NCBI GenBank assembly: GCA_036268215.1
Contig: DATAUO010000093.1
Location: 245 to 64,244, forward strand
Direction: 5' to 3'
DNA: 64,000 nt
Source: Steroidobacteraceae bacterium
Lineage (GTDB): Bacteria > Pseudomonadota > Gammaproteobacteria > Steroidobacterales > Steroidobacteraceae
The position numbers and the translations under genes are program-made. Under the pieces are notes generated by a model. It was given only the letters and a program-made list of their open reading frames with translations, did not search any database and was not told the DNA's origin. How positions within the stretch are numbered: position 1 is the stretch's first letter; every line of letters begins with the position of its first letter. Shown here one piece after another: positions 35,423-44,201 of this stretch.

Positions 35423-36055
35423 ATGGAGAAGAAGGCCAATTGGTATTTCGATCCGATCTCTCCCTATGTGTATCTGCAGCTTCCGGATCTCGACCGGCTG
35501 CCCGCGGGCTGGGTGGTGAGGCCGGTGCCCGTGCTCCTGGGCGCGCTCTTGAATCACGCGGGGATCAAGGCGCCGGCCGAGGTTCCGGCCAAGCGCCTGC
35601 ACACGTATCGTCAGTGCGCGTGGCTGGCGAAATCGCGCAACCTGCCGTTCCGGATGCCGCCGCGCCATCCGTTCAATCCGCTGCAGCCGCTGCGGCTGCT
35701 GTGCGCCGTCGGGCCGACGCTCGAGCAGGCGCGCATCGCCAGCCGGTTCGTGTTCGGGGAGGGACGCGATCCGTCGACCCCGGAGGGGTTGCGCGATCTC
35801 GCTTCCGCGCTCGGCGTGCGCGACCCCGAGGCGGCGATTGCGGAGACCCCGGTCAAGGACCGGTTGCGGGCCAACACCGATGAAGCGGTCAAGCTCGGCG
35901 TGTGGGGCGTGCCGACGTTCGTCGTGGGCGAGGAGATATTCTGGGGCGCGGACAGCTTCCCGATGCTGCTGAACTATCTCGAGGACCCGGCCTGGTTCGA
36001 GACCCCCGAGATGAGACGCATCGAGGCGTTGCCGGTCGGGGCGGCGCGCAAGTAA
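35423..36055 (+). CDS. 2-hydroxychromene-2-carboxylate isomerase / DsbA-like thioredoxin-fold protein
   Basis: 'WYFDPISPYVYL' at the N-terminus and 'GVWGVPTFVVGEEIFWGADSFPML' near the C-terminus are the typical HCCA isomerase family motifs. Confidence 0.85.
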   Translation: MEKKANWYFDPISPYVYLQLPDLDRLPAGWVVRPVPVLLGALLNHAGIKAPAEVPAKRLHTYRQCAWLAKSRNLPFRMPPRHPFNPLQPLRLLCAVGPTLEQARIASRFVFGEGRDPSTPEGLRDLASALGVRDPEAAIAETPVKDRLRANTDEAVKLGVWGVPTFVVGEEIFWGADSFPMLLNYLEDPAWFETPEMRRIEALPVGAARK

Positions 36056-36111
36056 CGAATCTTGGGATAGGCTGGAGGTCCCCAGCCTACATCCCACCCG
36101 AAGGAGCTCCC

Positions 36112-36549
36112 ATGGATAGCATCAAGCCCTTGTTTACTGCGGTCGCCTCCGTCACCGGCGGCCGCAACGGTCATGCCGAAGCCGCCGATCACAGCGTGTC
36201 GGCGGACCTCTCCGTTCCCAAGGCCATGGGCGGCCCGGGCAAGCCGAATACCACGACGCCGGAGCATCTGTTCGCCTGCGGCTACGCTGCGTGCTTCGGC
36301 GGCGCTCTGGACTACGTAGCCAGCCAGAAGAAGAAGAACGCCAAGGGCGCGACCGTGACCTGCAGCGTGTCGATCGGTCCGCGGGACCTCGGCGGCTTCG
36401 GGCTCGCGGTCAAGCTGCACGTCAAGGACAAGAGCCTGCCGCAGGCGGAGCTGTCCGATCTCGCCAGGGAGGCGCACGAGAAGATCTGCCCGTACTCGCA
36501 CGCGACCCGCAACAACATTGCGGTGGAGCTCGAGGTGGAGGGAGGCTGA
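36112..36549 (+). CDS. ohr: Organic hydroperoxide resistance protein (Ohr/OsmC family)
   Basis: ATG 36112 has GAAGGAG upstream. It contains 'TGGRNGH', 'PEHLFACGYAACF' and 'KICPYSHATRNNI', including both conserved Cys residues. Confidence 0.9.
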   Translation: MDSIKPLFTAVASVTGGRNGHAEAADHSVSADLSVPKAMGGPGKPNTTTPEHLFACGYAACFGGALDYVASQKKKNAKGATVTCSVSIGPRDLGGFGLAVKLHVKDKSLPQAELSDLAREAHEKICPYSHATRNNIAVELEVEGG

Positions 36550-36633
36550 ACGCCCGAGTGGTGGCGGGTATCGGCGGCGCGCGCCGCGATATCAGATGAT
36601 GTCGCGACCCGCGCCGACGCCGCAGGGGCTCGA

Positions 36634-37449
36634 TCAGTGCTCGCTCATCCCCGCCATGGCCGAGTGATCCATGTTGTCGTGTCCCTCCCCGTCATCGTCG
36701 GTCGACCAGATCTTCCCGGGGTCCGTCTCGTAGGGGTATACGTGGACCATCCAGCCGAAGATGTGGGGGTGGAACTCGCCGCCCGCGGCCGCGCACGCTT
36801 CTTGGGTGGTGATGGAGCCGAGCAACCCGAATTTGGCGTTCGGCCCGAAGTACTCGGCCTTGCGGTCCGGCGGCGCCTTGCAGAAGTTGGTGTGCTGGTG
36901 CCAGCGGACGATGCTGAGCGGAATCCGCGAGTTGAGCTCATCCTCGTTGGCGTCCACCCGGTCGGTATACATGGCGCCGATCAGCTTGTAGCCGCCCTCG
37001 GCGGTCTTCTTGTACAGCAGCGAGGTGGGCTTGAGCGGGTCGAAGCTCTTCCAGGCCTCGCGCCCGTTGTCGTACTGGGTGAAGTGATACTGGGGCTGCG
37101 GGATGTTCGGCAGGAAAATCTTGTAGCCGTCCGCGAGCGCCTTGCGATAGTCCTGATACGGCGCCATGGCTTGCTTGGCGGCCGCGACGACCGCGTCGGC
37201 CCGTTGCCGATCACCCGGCTGCATCGGCCGGAGCGTGGTCAGGTACATGTGGCCGGCCATGTGCGCCATGGCGTGGTCGCCGGCCTGCGCGGCCTGCGCG
37301 CCCTGCGCAGTCTGCGTGACCTGCGTGGCCGACGAGGTCGGCGCAGTCTGCGCGGGCGTCGAGCCTGCGGCGATCAGCATCACCGCGGCGAGGCGAGCGG
37401 TGGTTCGTCGGCCTCCGCCGCGATTTGCGCGTTGCGATAGCACGTTCAT
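36634..37449 (-). CDS. Secreted hypothetical protein (His-rich termini)
   Basis: ORF 36634-37647 was trimmed to ATG 37447-37449, with GGAGG upstream. The leader is 'TARLAAVMLIAAGSTPAQT'. It contains 'HAMAHMAGHM' and a C-terminal 'GEGHDNMDHSAMAGMSEH', suggesting metal binding. The 'GWMVHVYPYETDPGKIW' motif resembles the C-terminus of the 13899-14447 product. Confidence 0.7.
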   Translation of the reverse strand: MNVLSQRANRGGGRRTTARLAAVMLIAAGSTPAQTAPTSSATQVTQTAQGAQAAQAGDHAMAHMAGHMYLTTLRPMQPGDRQRADAVVAAAKQAMAPYQDYRKALADGYKIFLPNIPQPQYHFTQYDNGREAWKSFDPLKPTSLLYKKTAEGGYKLIGAMYTDRVDANEDELNSRIPLSIVRWHQHTNFCKAPPDRKAEYFGPNAKFGLLGSITTQEACAAAGGEFHPHIFGWMVHVYPYETDPGKIWSTDDDGEGHDNMDHSAMAGMSEH

Positions 37450-37564
37450 CCTGTTCCTCCGTAGCGATGCCGCGGGTTTGACAAAATAGCTTGCGGTCGA
37501 TCCCGCAAGAATAGCAATCCAACCGGAATGCTTGCTAATCTGCATCATCGATCGAGAGGCACGC

Positions 37565-38311
37565 ATGCCCGACCTTTCCGGAAAGACCGCTGTCGTGACG
37601 GGAGCCTCCCGCGGCATCGGCCGCGCGACGGCGCTGGCGCTCGCCAAGGCCGGCGCGCGCGTGATCGTGCATTACGGCCGCGCCCAGGCTGAAGCCGAGG
37701 CGGTGGCGGCGCAGATCGCCGGGGCCGGCGGCCGGGCCGACCTCGTCTCGGCGGATCTCGCGCTCGGCGACGGCCCTCATCGGCTCGCCGCGGAGGTGCG
37801 CCGCATCGCCGGCGAGCGTCTCGACATCCTCGTGGCCAATGCCGGCATCTCCAAGGCGGCGAGCCTCGAGAAGACCCAGGTCGCGGACTTCGACAACCTC
37901 TTTGCGGTCAACGTGCGCGCGCCCTTCTTTCTGGTGCAGCAGCTCGCGCCCATCATGCCGGCCGGCGGCAGCATCGTGTTCCTGTCGTCGCTGGCAGCGC
38001 GCTCCGCGGTCGGCGTACTGGCCGCCTATGCCGCGACCAAGGGCGCGGTCGACACGCTGGTGAAGCATTTTGCGTTCGCGCTCGGCGAGCGCGGCATCCG
38101 CGTCAACGCGGTGGCGCCCGGCATCGTCAGCACCGACATGTCGAGCTTCACCAAGACGGAGCAGGGCCGCAGCTACGCGCTCGGCGTGCAGGCGCTGAAG
38201 CGCATCTCCGTGCCCGAGGACATCGCCGACGCGATCGCGTTCCTCGCATCCGACGAGGCGCGCTGGATCACCGGCGACACGGTGCACGTGGACGGCGGCT
38301 CCAAACTCTAG
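37565..38311 (+). CDS. SDR family oxidoreductase
   Basis: It has '[18 protein letters not shown]' (TGxxxGxG), 'NAG', and a catalytic 'YAATKGA' (YxxxK). Confidence 0.9.
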   Translation: MPDLSGKTAVVTGASRGIGRATALALAKAGARVIVHYGRAQAEAEAVAAQIAGAGGRADLVSADLALGDGPHRLAAEVRRIAGERLDILVANAGISKAASLEKTQVADFDNLFAVNVRAPFFLVQQLAPIMPAGGSIVFLSSLAARSAVGVLAAYAATKGAVDTLVKHFAFALGERGIRVNAVAPGIVSTDMSSFTKTEQGRSYALGVQALKRISVPEDIADAIAFLASDEARWITGDTVHVDGGSKL

Positions 38312-38322
38312 AGGCAATCGCC

Positions 38323-39723
38323 ATGGCCAACGTTCGCCTCGAGACCGACAGCCTGGGCAAGATCGAGGTCCCGGCCGACAAGCTGTGGGGCGCGCAGACG
38401 CAGCGGTCGCTCGAGTATTTCAGCATCGGCGCGGAGCTGATGCCGCGCCAGATGATCGGCGCCTACGCCGTCCTCAAGAAGGCCTGCGCGCTCGTCAATC
38501 ACGAGGGCGGCCGCCTCGGCGCCGGCGAGAGCGATCTCATCGTCAAGGTTTGCGACGAGATCCTCGCCGGGCAGCATCACGACATGTTCCCGCTGCACGT
38601 GTGGATGACGGGCAGCGGCACGCAGTTCAACATGAACGTGAACGAGGTGATCTCGAACCGCTGCTGCCAGCTTGCAGGCACGGCGCTCGGCAGCAAGACG
38701 CCGGTGCACCCGAACGACCACGTCAACATGTCGCAGTCGTCGAACGACAACTTCCCCTCGGCGATGTACATCGCGGCGGCCGTCGGCACGGTCGAGCGGC
38801 TGATGCCCGCGGTGCGCGAGCTGCGCGATGCGATCGCGGCCAAGGCCGAGGCGTGGGATGACATCGTCAAGATCGGCCGCACGCACATGCAGGATGCGAC
38901 ACCGATCACATTGGGGCAGGAGTGGTCGGGCTATGCGGCGATGCTGGCGGACGATCTGACGGCGCTCGGCCATGCGCTCGGCGGCGTCCATCGCCTGGCG
39001 CTCGGCGGCACCGCCGTCGGCACCGGCATCAACGCCGCGCCGGGCTTTGCGGAGGCCGCCGCCGCGCGGATCGCCGGGTTGACCGGATTGCCGTTCGTGA
39101 GCGCGCCCAACAAGTTCGCGGTGCAGGGCGCGCACGATGCGCTAGTGCAGCTCTCCGGCACCCTGCGCACCCTGGCGGTCTCGCTGTACAAGATCGCGAA
39201 CGACATCCGGCTCATGGGCTGCGGTCCCCGCGCGGGCTTCGCGGAGCTGATACTGCCCGAGAACGAGCCGGGGTCATCCATCATGCCGGGCAAGGTCAAC
39301 CCGACGCAGGCCGAGGCGCTGACCATGATCGCGGTGCAGGTCATGGCCAACGACGTCGCCGTCGGCTTCGGCGGCGCGGGCGGCTACCTGGAGATGAACG
39401 TGTACAAGCCGCTGATGATCCACAACATCGCGCAGTCGCTCACCCTGCTCACGGACGGCTGCACCAATTTCCGCAAGTTCCTGATCGAGGGCACGCGCCC
39501 GGACCTGAAGAAGATCCGGCACTACGTCGAGCATTCGCTGATGCTGGTCACCGCGCTCTCGCCGGTGATCGGCTACGACAAGGCCTCCAAGATCGCGCAC
39601 TACGCCATGGAGCACGAGCTGACCTTGAAGACCGCGGCGCTGAAGCTCGGCTTCGTGGACGAGGCCGAATTCGACCGGATCGTCGATCCGGCCAAGATGG
39701 TGAAACCGTACGTGGCGACCTGA
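38323..39723 (+). CDS. fumC: Class II fumarate hydratase
   Basis: It has '[23 protein letters not shown]', 'SSNDNFPSA', and the signature '[16 protein letters not shown]'. Confidence 0.95.
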   Translation: MANVRLETDSLGKIEVPADKLWGAQTQRSLEYFSIGAELMPRQMIGAYAVLKKACALVNHEGGRLGAGESDLIVKVCDEILAGQHHDMFPLHVWMTGSGTQFNMNVNEVISNRCCQLAGTALGSKTPVHPNDHVNMSQSSNDNFPSAMYIAAAVGTVERLMPAVRELRDAIAAKAEAWDDIVKIGRTHMQDATPITLGQEWSGYAAMLADDLTALGHALGGVHRLALGGTAVGTGINAAPGFAEAAAARIAGLTGLPFVSAPNKFAVQGAHDALVQLSGTLRTLAVSLYKIANDIRLMGCGPRAGFAELILPENEPGSSIMPGKVNPTQAEALTMIAVQVMANDVAVGFGGAGGYLEMNVYKPLMIHNIAQSLTLLTDGCTNFRKFLIEGTRPDLKKIRHYVEHSLMLVTALSPVIGYDKASKIAHYAMEHELTLKTAALKLGFVDEAEFDRIVDPAKMVKPYVAT

Positions 39724-39737
39724 TGCGCCCGTGAAGG

Positions 39738-40055
39738 TCAGCGGCCGACAGGCACGAGGTCGAGCAGCGCTCTTTCCATGGAGACGATGACGCCGCTCTT
39801 CTCGAGTGCCTGTGCGTTGTGCCGGTGGTCGGGGTCGTCGCCCAGCACCTTGCGGTAACGCTCGTAGCTCGCGAGGTCCGGGAAATCGATGAATCCGTAA
39901 CCGACGTTGTTCGGTCCGGCGTAGTCGGTGGCGAGCCAGTAGCCGACGATCCTTCCGCCGCTGCGCTCGATGACGGGTTGCTCGGCCTCGACGTACGCGC
40001 GGAAGTCCCGGGCACGATTGGGGTCCAGAATGTAGCGGATGCAGAGTGTGTGCAT
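39738..40055 (-). CDS. NIPSNAP family protein
   Basis: This 105-aa product is the C-terminal part of ORF 39738-40688, starting at ATG 40053-40055: 'MHTLCIRYILDPNRARDFRAYVEAEQPVIERSGGRIVGYW'. It looks like a dimeric alpha-beta-barrel type small protein. Confidence 0.75.
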   Translation of the reverse strand: MHTLCIRYILDPNRARDFRAYVEAEQPVIERSGGRIVGYWLATDYAGPNNVGYGFIDFPDLASYERYRKVLGDDPDHRHNAQALEKSGVIVSMERALLDLVPVGR

Positions 40056-40118
40056 GGGCCCGACTCTAGCGCGGCTGCGCCTGGTACACTTCGGCGCAAA
40101 CCGAAGCGTGGTGGTGCC

Positions 40119-40829
40119 ATGGGTGATAGGGTCGGGCGCATGAAGCCGGTTTCGGGCATGGCAGGGGTCGCCGCGCTGGTCGGGGACCCGGCCCGCGCCC
40201 GTATGCTCGCCGCGCTGCTGGATGGCCGCGCGCTGACCGCGACCGAGCTCGCCGCGGAGGCCGGCGTGACGCCCGCGACCGCGAGCGGGCATCTCGGCAA
40301 ATTGACGGGGCTGCACCTGGTGACGCCGGCGGCGCAAGGCCGGCATCGCTACTATCGCCTGGGCTCGCGCGAGGTGGCGCGGATGCTCGAGGGCATCATG
40401 GTGGTCGCGGGCGAGACCCTCGTGCGGGGCCGGCGTACCGAGCCGCGCATCGATCCCGATCTCCGTTTCGCGCGGACCTGCTATGACCACCTCGCCGGCA
40501 AGCTGGGCGTTGCGCTGGCGAGCTCGCTGGTCTCGCGCGGTGCCGTGGTGTTGCGCGACGGCGCCGGTCAGGTGACGCCGTCGGGGGAGCGGCTGCTGGC
40601 GGAGTTCGGCATCGCCTCCGAGGACGCGCTGCGGGCGCGGCGAATGTACTGCCGGCCCTGTCTCGATTGGAGCGAGCGCCGCACCCACCTGGCGGGCGTG
40701 CTCGGCGCCGCGCTGCTCGACCGGCTGCTCGAGCTCCGGTGGATTCAGCGGTCGCCGGCGGGCCGCGCCGTGAAGGTGACTTCGGCCGGAAGCCGTGGAT
40801 TGAAGGCGCGGTTCGGGGTGGAGGTCTGA
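40119..40829 (+). CDS. ArsR/SmtB-type winged-helix transcriptional regulator with C-terminal extension
   Basis: 'LVGDPARARMLAALLDGRALTATELAAEAGVTPATASGHLGKLTGLHLV...GRHRYYRL' is the ArsR HTH. The gene is divergent from the NIPSNAP gene. Confidence 0.8.
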   Translation: MGDRVGRMKPVSGMAGVAALVGDPARARMLAALLDGRALTATELAAEAGVTPATASGHLGKLTGLHLVTPAAQGRHRYYRLGSREVARMLEGIMVVAGETLVRGRRTEPRIDPDLRFARTCYDHLAGKLGVALASSLVSRGAVVLRDGAGQVTPSGERLLAEFGIASEDALRARRMYCRPCLDWSERRTHLAGVLGAALLDRLLELRWIQRSPAGRAVKVTSAGSRGLKARFGVEV

Positions 40830-40869
40830 CTCGATCGGAGGGGGCGGCGCGCTCGCGCCGCCGTAAACG

Positions 40870-41790
40870 TCAGGGCTGGCCGGCGCCGCCGGACGATCCG
40901 TAGATCTGCCCGGTCGCGAAGCTGCCGCGGTTGTCGGCGAGCTGCACGTAGATGCCCGCGAGCTCGCCCGGCTGGCCCGGACGGCCGAAGGGCGTGTGGC
41001 CGCCGAACTTTTTCAGCTTTTCCGGGGAGGCACCGCCGGATACCTGCAGCGGTGTCCACACCGGGCCCGGCGCGACGCCGTTGACGCGGATGCCCTTGGT
41101 CGCGAGCTGCTTCGCCAATGACTTGACGAAGCTCATGGTCGCCGCCTTGGTTTGGGCGTAGTCGTACAAATCCGGCGTCGGGTCGTAGGCCTGCTCGGAC
41201 GTCGTTGCGATGATGCAGGAGCCGGGCGGCATGCTGGGCAGCGCGGCCTTGATGATCCAGAACGGCGCGTAGATGTTGGTTTTCATGGTCGCGTCGAAGT
41301 CCTCGCTGGAAATGTCGAGGATCGAGTCGTGCGCCTGCTGCCGTCCGGCGTTGCTCACCAGGAGGTCGAGGCCTCCGAGCTCCCCGACGGCGCGCGCGAC
41401 GAGCTTGCTGCAGAACTCCTCGTCGCGCAGATCGCCGGGGATGGCCACCGCCTTGCGGCCGGCCGCCTCGATGAGGCCGACGACCTCGCGGGCATCCGGC
41501 TCCTCGCTCGGAAAGTAGTTGATGGCGACGTCCGCGCCTTCGCGCGCAAAGGCGATCGCCGCGGCGCGGCCCATGCCGGAGTCGCCGCCGGTGACCAGCG
41601 CCCGCCGGCCGGCGAGCCGGCCGGATCCGACGTACGAGTGCTCGCCGTGATCGGGTTTCGGGTTCATCTCGGCGGCAAGGCCGGGCCAGGGTTGCTTCTG
41701 ATTCGCGAAGGGCGGCTTGGGAAATTTTTTCGTCGGGTCCTCGAGCGGCGCGGTGGTAGTCGGCGTATGGGCTTCGCGGGCGGCGGCCAT
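40870..41790 (-). CDS. SDR family oxidoreductase (YghA / general-stress-protein-39-like)
   Basis: ORF 40870-41955 was trimmed to ATG 41788-41790. Motifs are 'GRRALVTGGDSGMGRAAAIAFAREGADVAINY', 'NAG' and 'YAQTKAA'. Confidence 0.9.
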   Translation of the reverse strand: MAAAREAHTPTTTAPLEDPTKKFPKPPFANQKQPWPGLAAEMNPKPDHGEHSYVGSGRLAGRRALVTGGDSGMGRAAAIAFAREGADVAINYFPSEEPDAREVVGLIEAAGRKAVAIPGDLRDEEFCSKLVARAVGELGGLDLLVSNAGRQQAHDSILDISSEDFDATMKTNIYAPFWIIKAALPSMPPGSCIIATTSEQAYDPTPDLYDYAQTKAATMSFVKSLAKQLATKGIRVNGVAPGPVWTPLQVSGGASPEKLKKFGGHTPFGRPGQPGELAGIYVQLADNRGSFATGQIYGSSGGAGQP

Positions 41791-41978
41791 GGCGGGTCTC
41801 CATTGGGTCTCGATGGCATCGGGGTGGAGGAGAACGTAACGCGCGAGGGAGGCGCGGTCTGTAGGAAAAGACGTGACGCGAGGTGCTCCGTCGGCCCGAG
41901 CCGGTGTGGGTATGTCACGAAAAGCGGCGCAGGAGCGCGCGCTGGACGTCGGCACATCGAACCATTAGCCTCGCCCAA

Positions 41979-42680
41979 ATGCGCATCGAGCAGAGACATC
42001 AGATGGCGGCGACGGCGATTCCCGTCCAGCTCCAGGTGGACGATACGCGGCGCGTTTCGGCGCTGCTCGATCGGCCCGATGAAGCGAAGGCGTGCCTGGT
42101 GCTCGCGCACGGCGCGGGGGCGGGCATGCGGCACCCGTCGATGACCTCGTTGGCGGAGGGGCTGGCCGAGCGCGGGATCGCCACGCTGCGCTACCAGTTT
42201 CCGTACATGGAGCAGGGCGGGCGGCGTCCCGATCCGCCGCCGCTCTGCCATGCAACCGTGCGAACGGCGGTCGCGGAGGCACGGCGCCTCATGCCGGGTG
42301 CCGCGCTGTTCGCGGGCGGCCGCTCGTTCGGCGGCCGCATGACCTCGCAGGCGCAGGCGATCGAGGCGCTCGCCGACGTGAAGGGTCTCGTGTTCTTTGC
42401 GTTTCCGCTGCACCCGGCGGGCAAGCCCGACGCGGCGCGCGCGGCGCACCTCGGGAAGGTGCGGATTCCCATGCTGTTCCTGCAGGGCACGCGCGATGCG
42501 CTGGCCGACCTGACGCTGCTCGAGCCCCTGGCCGCGGAGCTGGGAGCGCGCGCGGCCCTGAAGACTCTCGAGGGCGCCGACCACTCCTTCCACGTGCTCG
42601 CGCGCAGCGGCCGCGAGGATGAGGAAGTGAGGCGCGAGATGCTCGACGCCGCAGCCGGCTGGCTGACCGCGGCCCGCTGA
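41979..42680 (+). CDS. Alpha/beta hydrolase (KANL3/Tex30-like, dienelactone-hydrolase-type)
   Basis: Motifs are 'LVLAHGAGAGMRHPSM', the nucleophile-elbow-like 'GGRSFGGRM', and 'FLQGTRDAL...GADHSF'. The start is ATG 41979 or 42003. Confidence 0.8.
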   Translation: MRIEQRHQMAATAIPVQLQVDDTRRVSALLDRPDEAKACLVLAHGAGAGMRHPSMTSLAEGLAERGIATLRYQFPYMEQGGRRPDPPPLCHATVRTAVAEARRLMPGAALFAGGRSFGGRMTSQAQAIEALADVKGLVFFAFPLHPAGKPDAARAAHLGKVRIPMLFLQGTRDALADLTLLEPLAAELGARAALKTLEGADHSFHVLARSGREDEEVRREMLDAAAGWLTAAR

Positions 42681-42685
42681 GCTCG

Positions 42686-43966
42686 ATGCCGCCGCAACGC
42701 GAAGCCGGGCGCGCCCGCTGGTATGTGCTGCTCCTGTTGACGGCGGTGTACGCGCTCAACATCGCGGATCGATTCGTCATCTCGACGCTGATCGAGCCGA
42801 TCAAGGCGGACCTGCACATCTCGGACTATGCCGTCGGCTTCCTGACGGGCGCCTCGCTCGCGCTCTTTTACGTGGCCGCGGGCCTGCCCTTGTCGGCGCT
42901 CGCGGACCGCGTCAACCGCCGCAACCTGATCGCGGTCGCGCTCGGCGCCTGGTCGGTGATGACCGTGATCTGCGGCTTCACGCGCACGTTCTGGCAGCTG
43001 ATGATCGCGCGCGTGATGGTCGGAGTCGGCGAGGCGGGCGGAACGCCGCCGTCCCAATCGCTGATCTCCGACTATTTCCCGTGGCGGCGACGCGCGCTGG
43101 CGCTTTCGGTGTATGCGGTCGGCGCCGCCATCGGCTCGATGCTGGGCTCGAGCATGGGCTACGTGAGCGATCGCTGGGGATGGCGCAGCGCGTTCTTCGT
43201 GCTGGGGGTGCCCGGTATCGTGGTGGCGCTGGTCGTGCGTATCACCGTGAAGGAGCCGCCGCGCGGCCGTCTCGATGAACTCGCGCCCGCGGCCGCCGCG
43301 GCACCCTTCATGGAGATGCTGCGGACCGCGTGGGGGGAGCCGGCCCTGCGGCATGCCCTCCTCGGAGGGGCTCTGTACTCGACCTGGGCCTTCGGCCTGC
43401 TGTGGTGGCTGCCGTCGCTTCTGGTGCGCTCTCATCACATGACGCTGGGCGCCGCCGGCGGGGCGGTGTCGCTCATGCATGGGCTCGGCGGAACGCTGGT
43501 GCTGCTCGGGACGGCCGCGCTGATGAAAAAATTGATCCCGCTGGACGCCCGCGCCGTCCCGCTGTTCCTGGTGGGATGCTGCGCGCTGGGCTCCATTCCC
43601 GCGGCGGGTGCGTTGCTCGCGGCGGGGAACGCGGCAGCGCTCGGGATGCTGTGGATCTTCGTGCCGCTGTCCTATGCGCCGATCGGACCCTGCTTCGCGC
43701 TGATTCAGAATCTCGTGCCTCCGCCGATGCGCTCGAAGATCGTCGGGCTGTTCCTCCTGATGACGACCGTCGGAAATCTGGTGATCGCTCCGCAGCTCAT
43801 CGGCCTCGGCAGCGACCTGTTGGGCGCGCGATACGGGGCGGATTCACTACGCGTGGCGCTGCTGCCGCTGTCGCTGGTGGGATTGTGGGCCGCGGGCCAT
43901 TTCTGGGCCTGCACCCTGCGGATCAAGGCCGGCCTGGCGCGCGCCGGCAATTCGCCGGAACAGTGA
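42686..43966 (+). CDS. MFS transporter
   Basis: 426 aa with 12 predicted helices. It has 'LADRVNRRNLI' (MFS motif A-like) and 'GVGEAGGTP'. Confidence 0.85.
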   Translation: MPPQREAGRARWYVLLLLTAVYALNIADRFVISTLIEPIKADLHISDYAVGFLTGASLALFYVAAGLPLSALADRVNRRNLIAVALGAWSVMTVICGFTRTFWQLMIARVMVGVGEAGGTPPSQSLISDYFPWRRRALALSVYAVGAAIGSMLGSSMGYVSDRWGWRSAFFVLGVPGIVVALVVRITVKEPPRGRLDELAPAAAAAPFMEMLRTAWGEPALRHALLGGALYSTWAFGLLWWLPSLLVRSHHMTLGAAGGAVSLMHGLGGTLVLLGTAALMKKLIPLDARAVPLFLVGCCALGSIPAAGALLAAGNAAALGMLWIFVPLSYAPIGPCFALIQNLVPPPMRSKIVGLFLLMTTVGNLVIAPQLIGLGSDLLGARYGADSLRVALLPLSLVGLWAAGHFWACTLRIKAGLARAGNSPEQ

Positions 43967-44082
43967 CATCGATAGCATAGGTCTCGAGGCGGTCCCGACC
44001 GACGATTCTGCATTCCGCTTAAAACCAGCACTAAAGCACGGCAATCGGGCGGCTCTTTACATCCATCAGGTTCCTAGTTACG

Positions 44083-44099
44083 ATGGTATCGTTGTCATT
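44083..44099. promoter_or_regulatory. LacI-family operator-like site 1 (ATGGTATCGTTGTCATT)
   Basis: This 17-mer is identical to the site at 56539-56555 and matches 13 of 16 positions of the perfect palindrome at 57448-57463. It fits the LacI-family core TG..A.CG.T..CA and lies about 100 nt upstream of the receptor start at 44202. Confidence 0.6.
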
Positions 44100-44201
44100 T
44101 GATGATGATGGTAAGCGCCTGGAATGAGGCCCGTCGAGCCGATGGGCCGGCGACCGGATGCGCTCATCGAAACCAAAAAATAGTGGCGGGGGGGATCGAT
44201 C

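Noticed and set aside
40089-40106. The inverted repeat CTTCGG-N6-CCGAAG in the NIPSNAP/ArsR divergent region, considered as an ArsR operator.
   Set aside because: 6-bp GC-rich arms are common by chance in this genome, and there is no second copy or other supporting feature.
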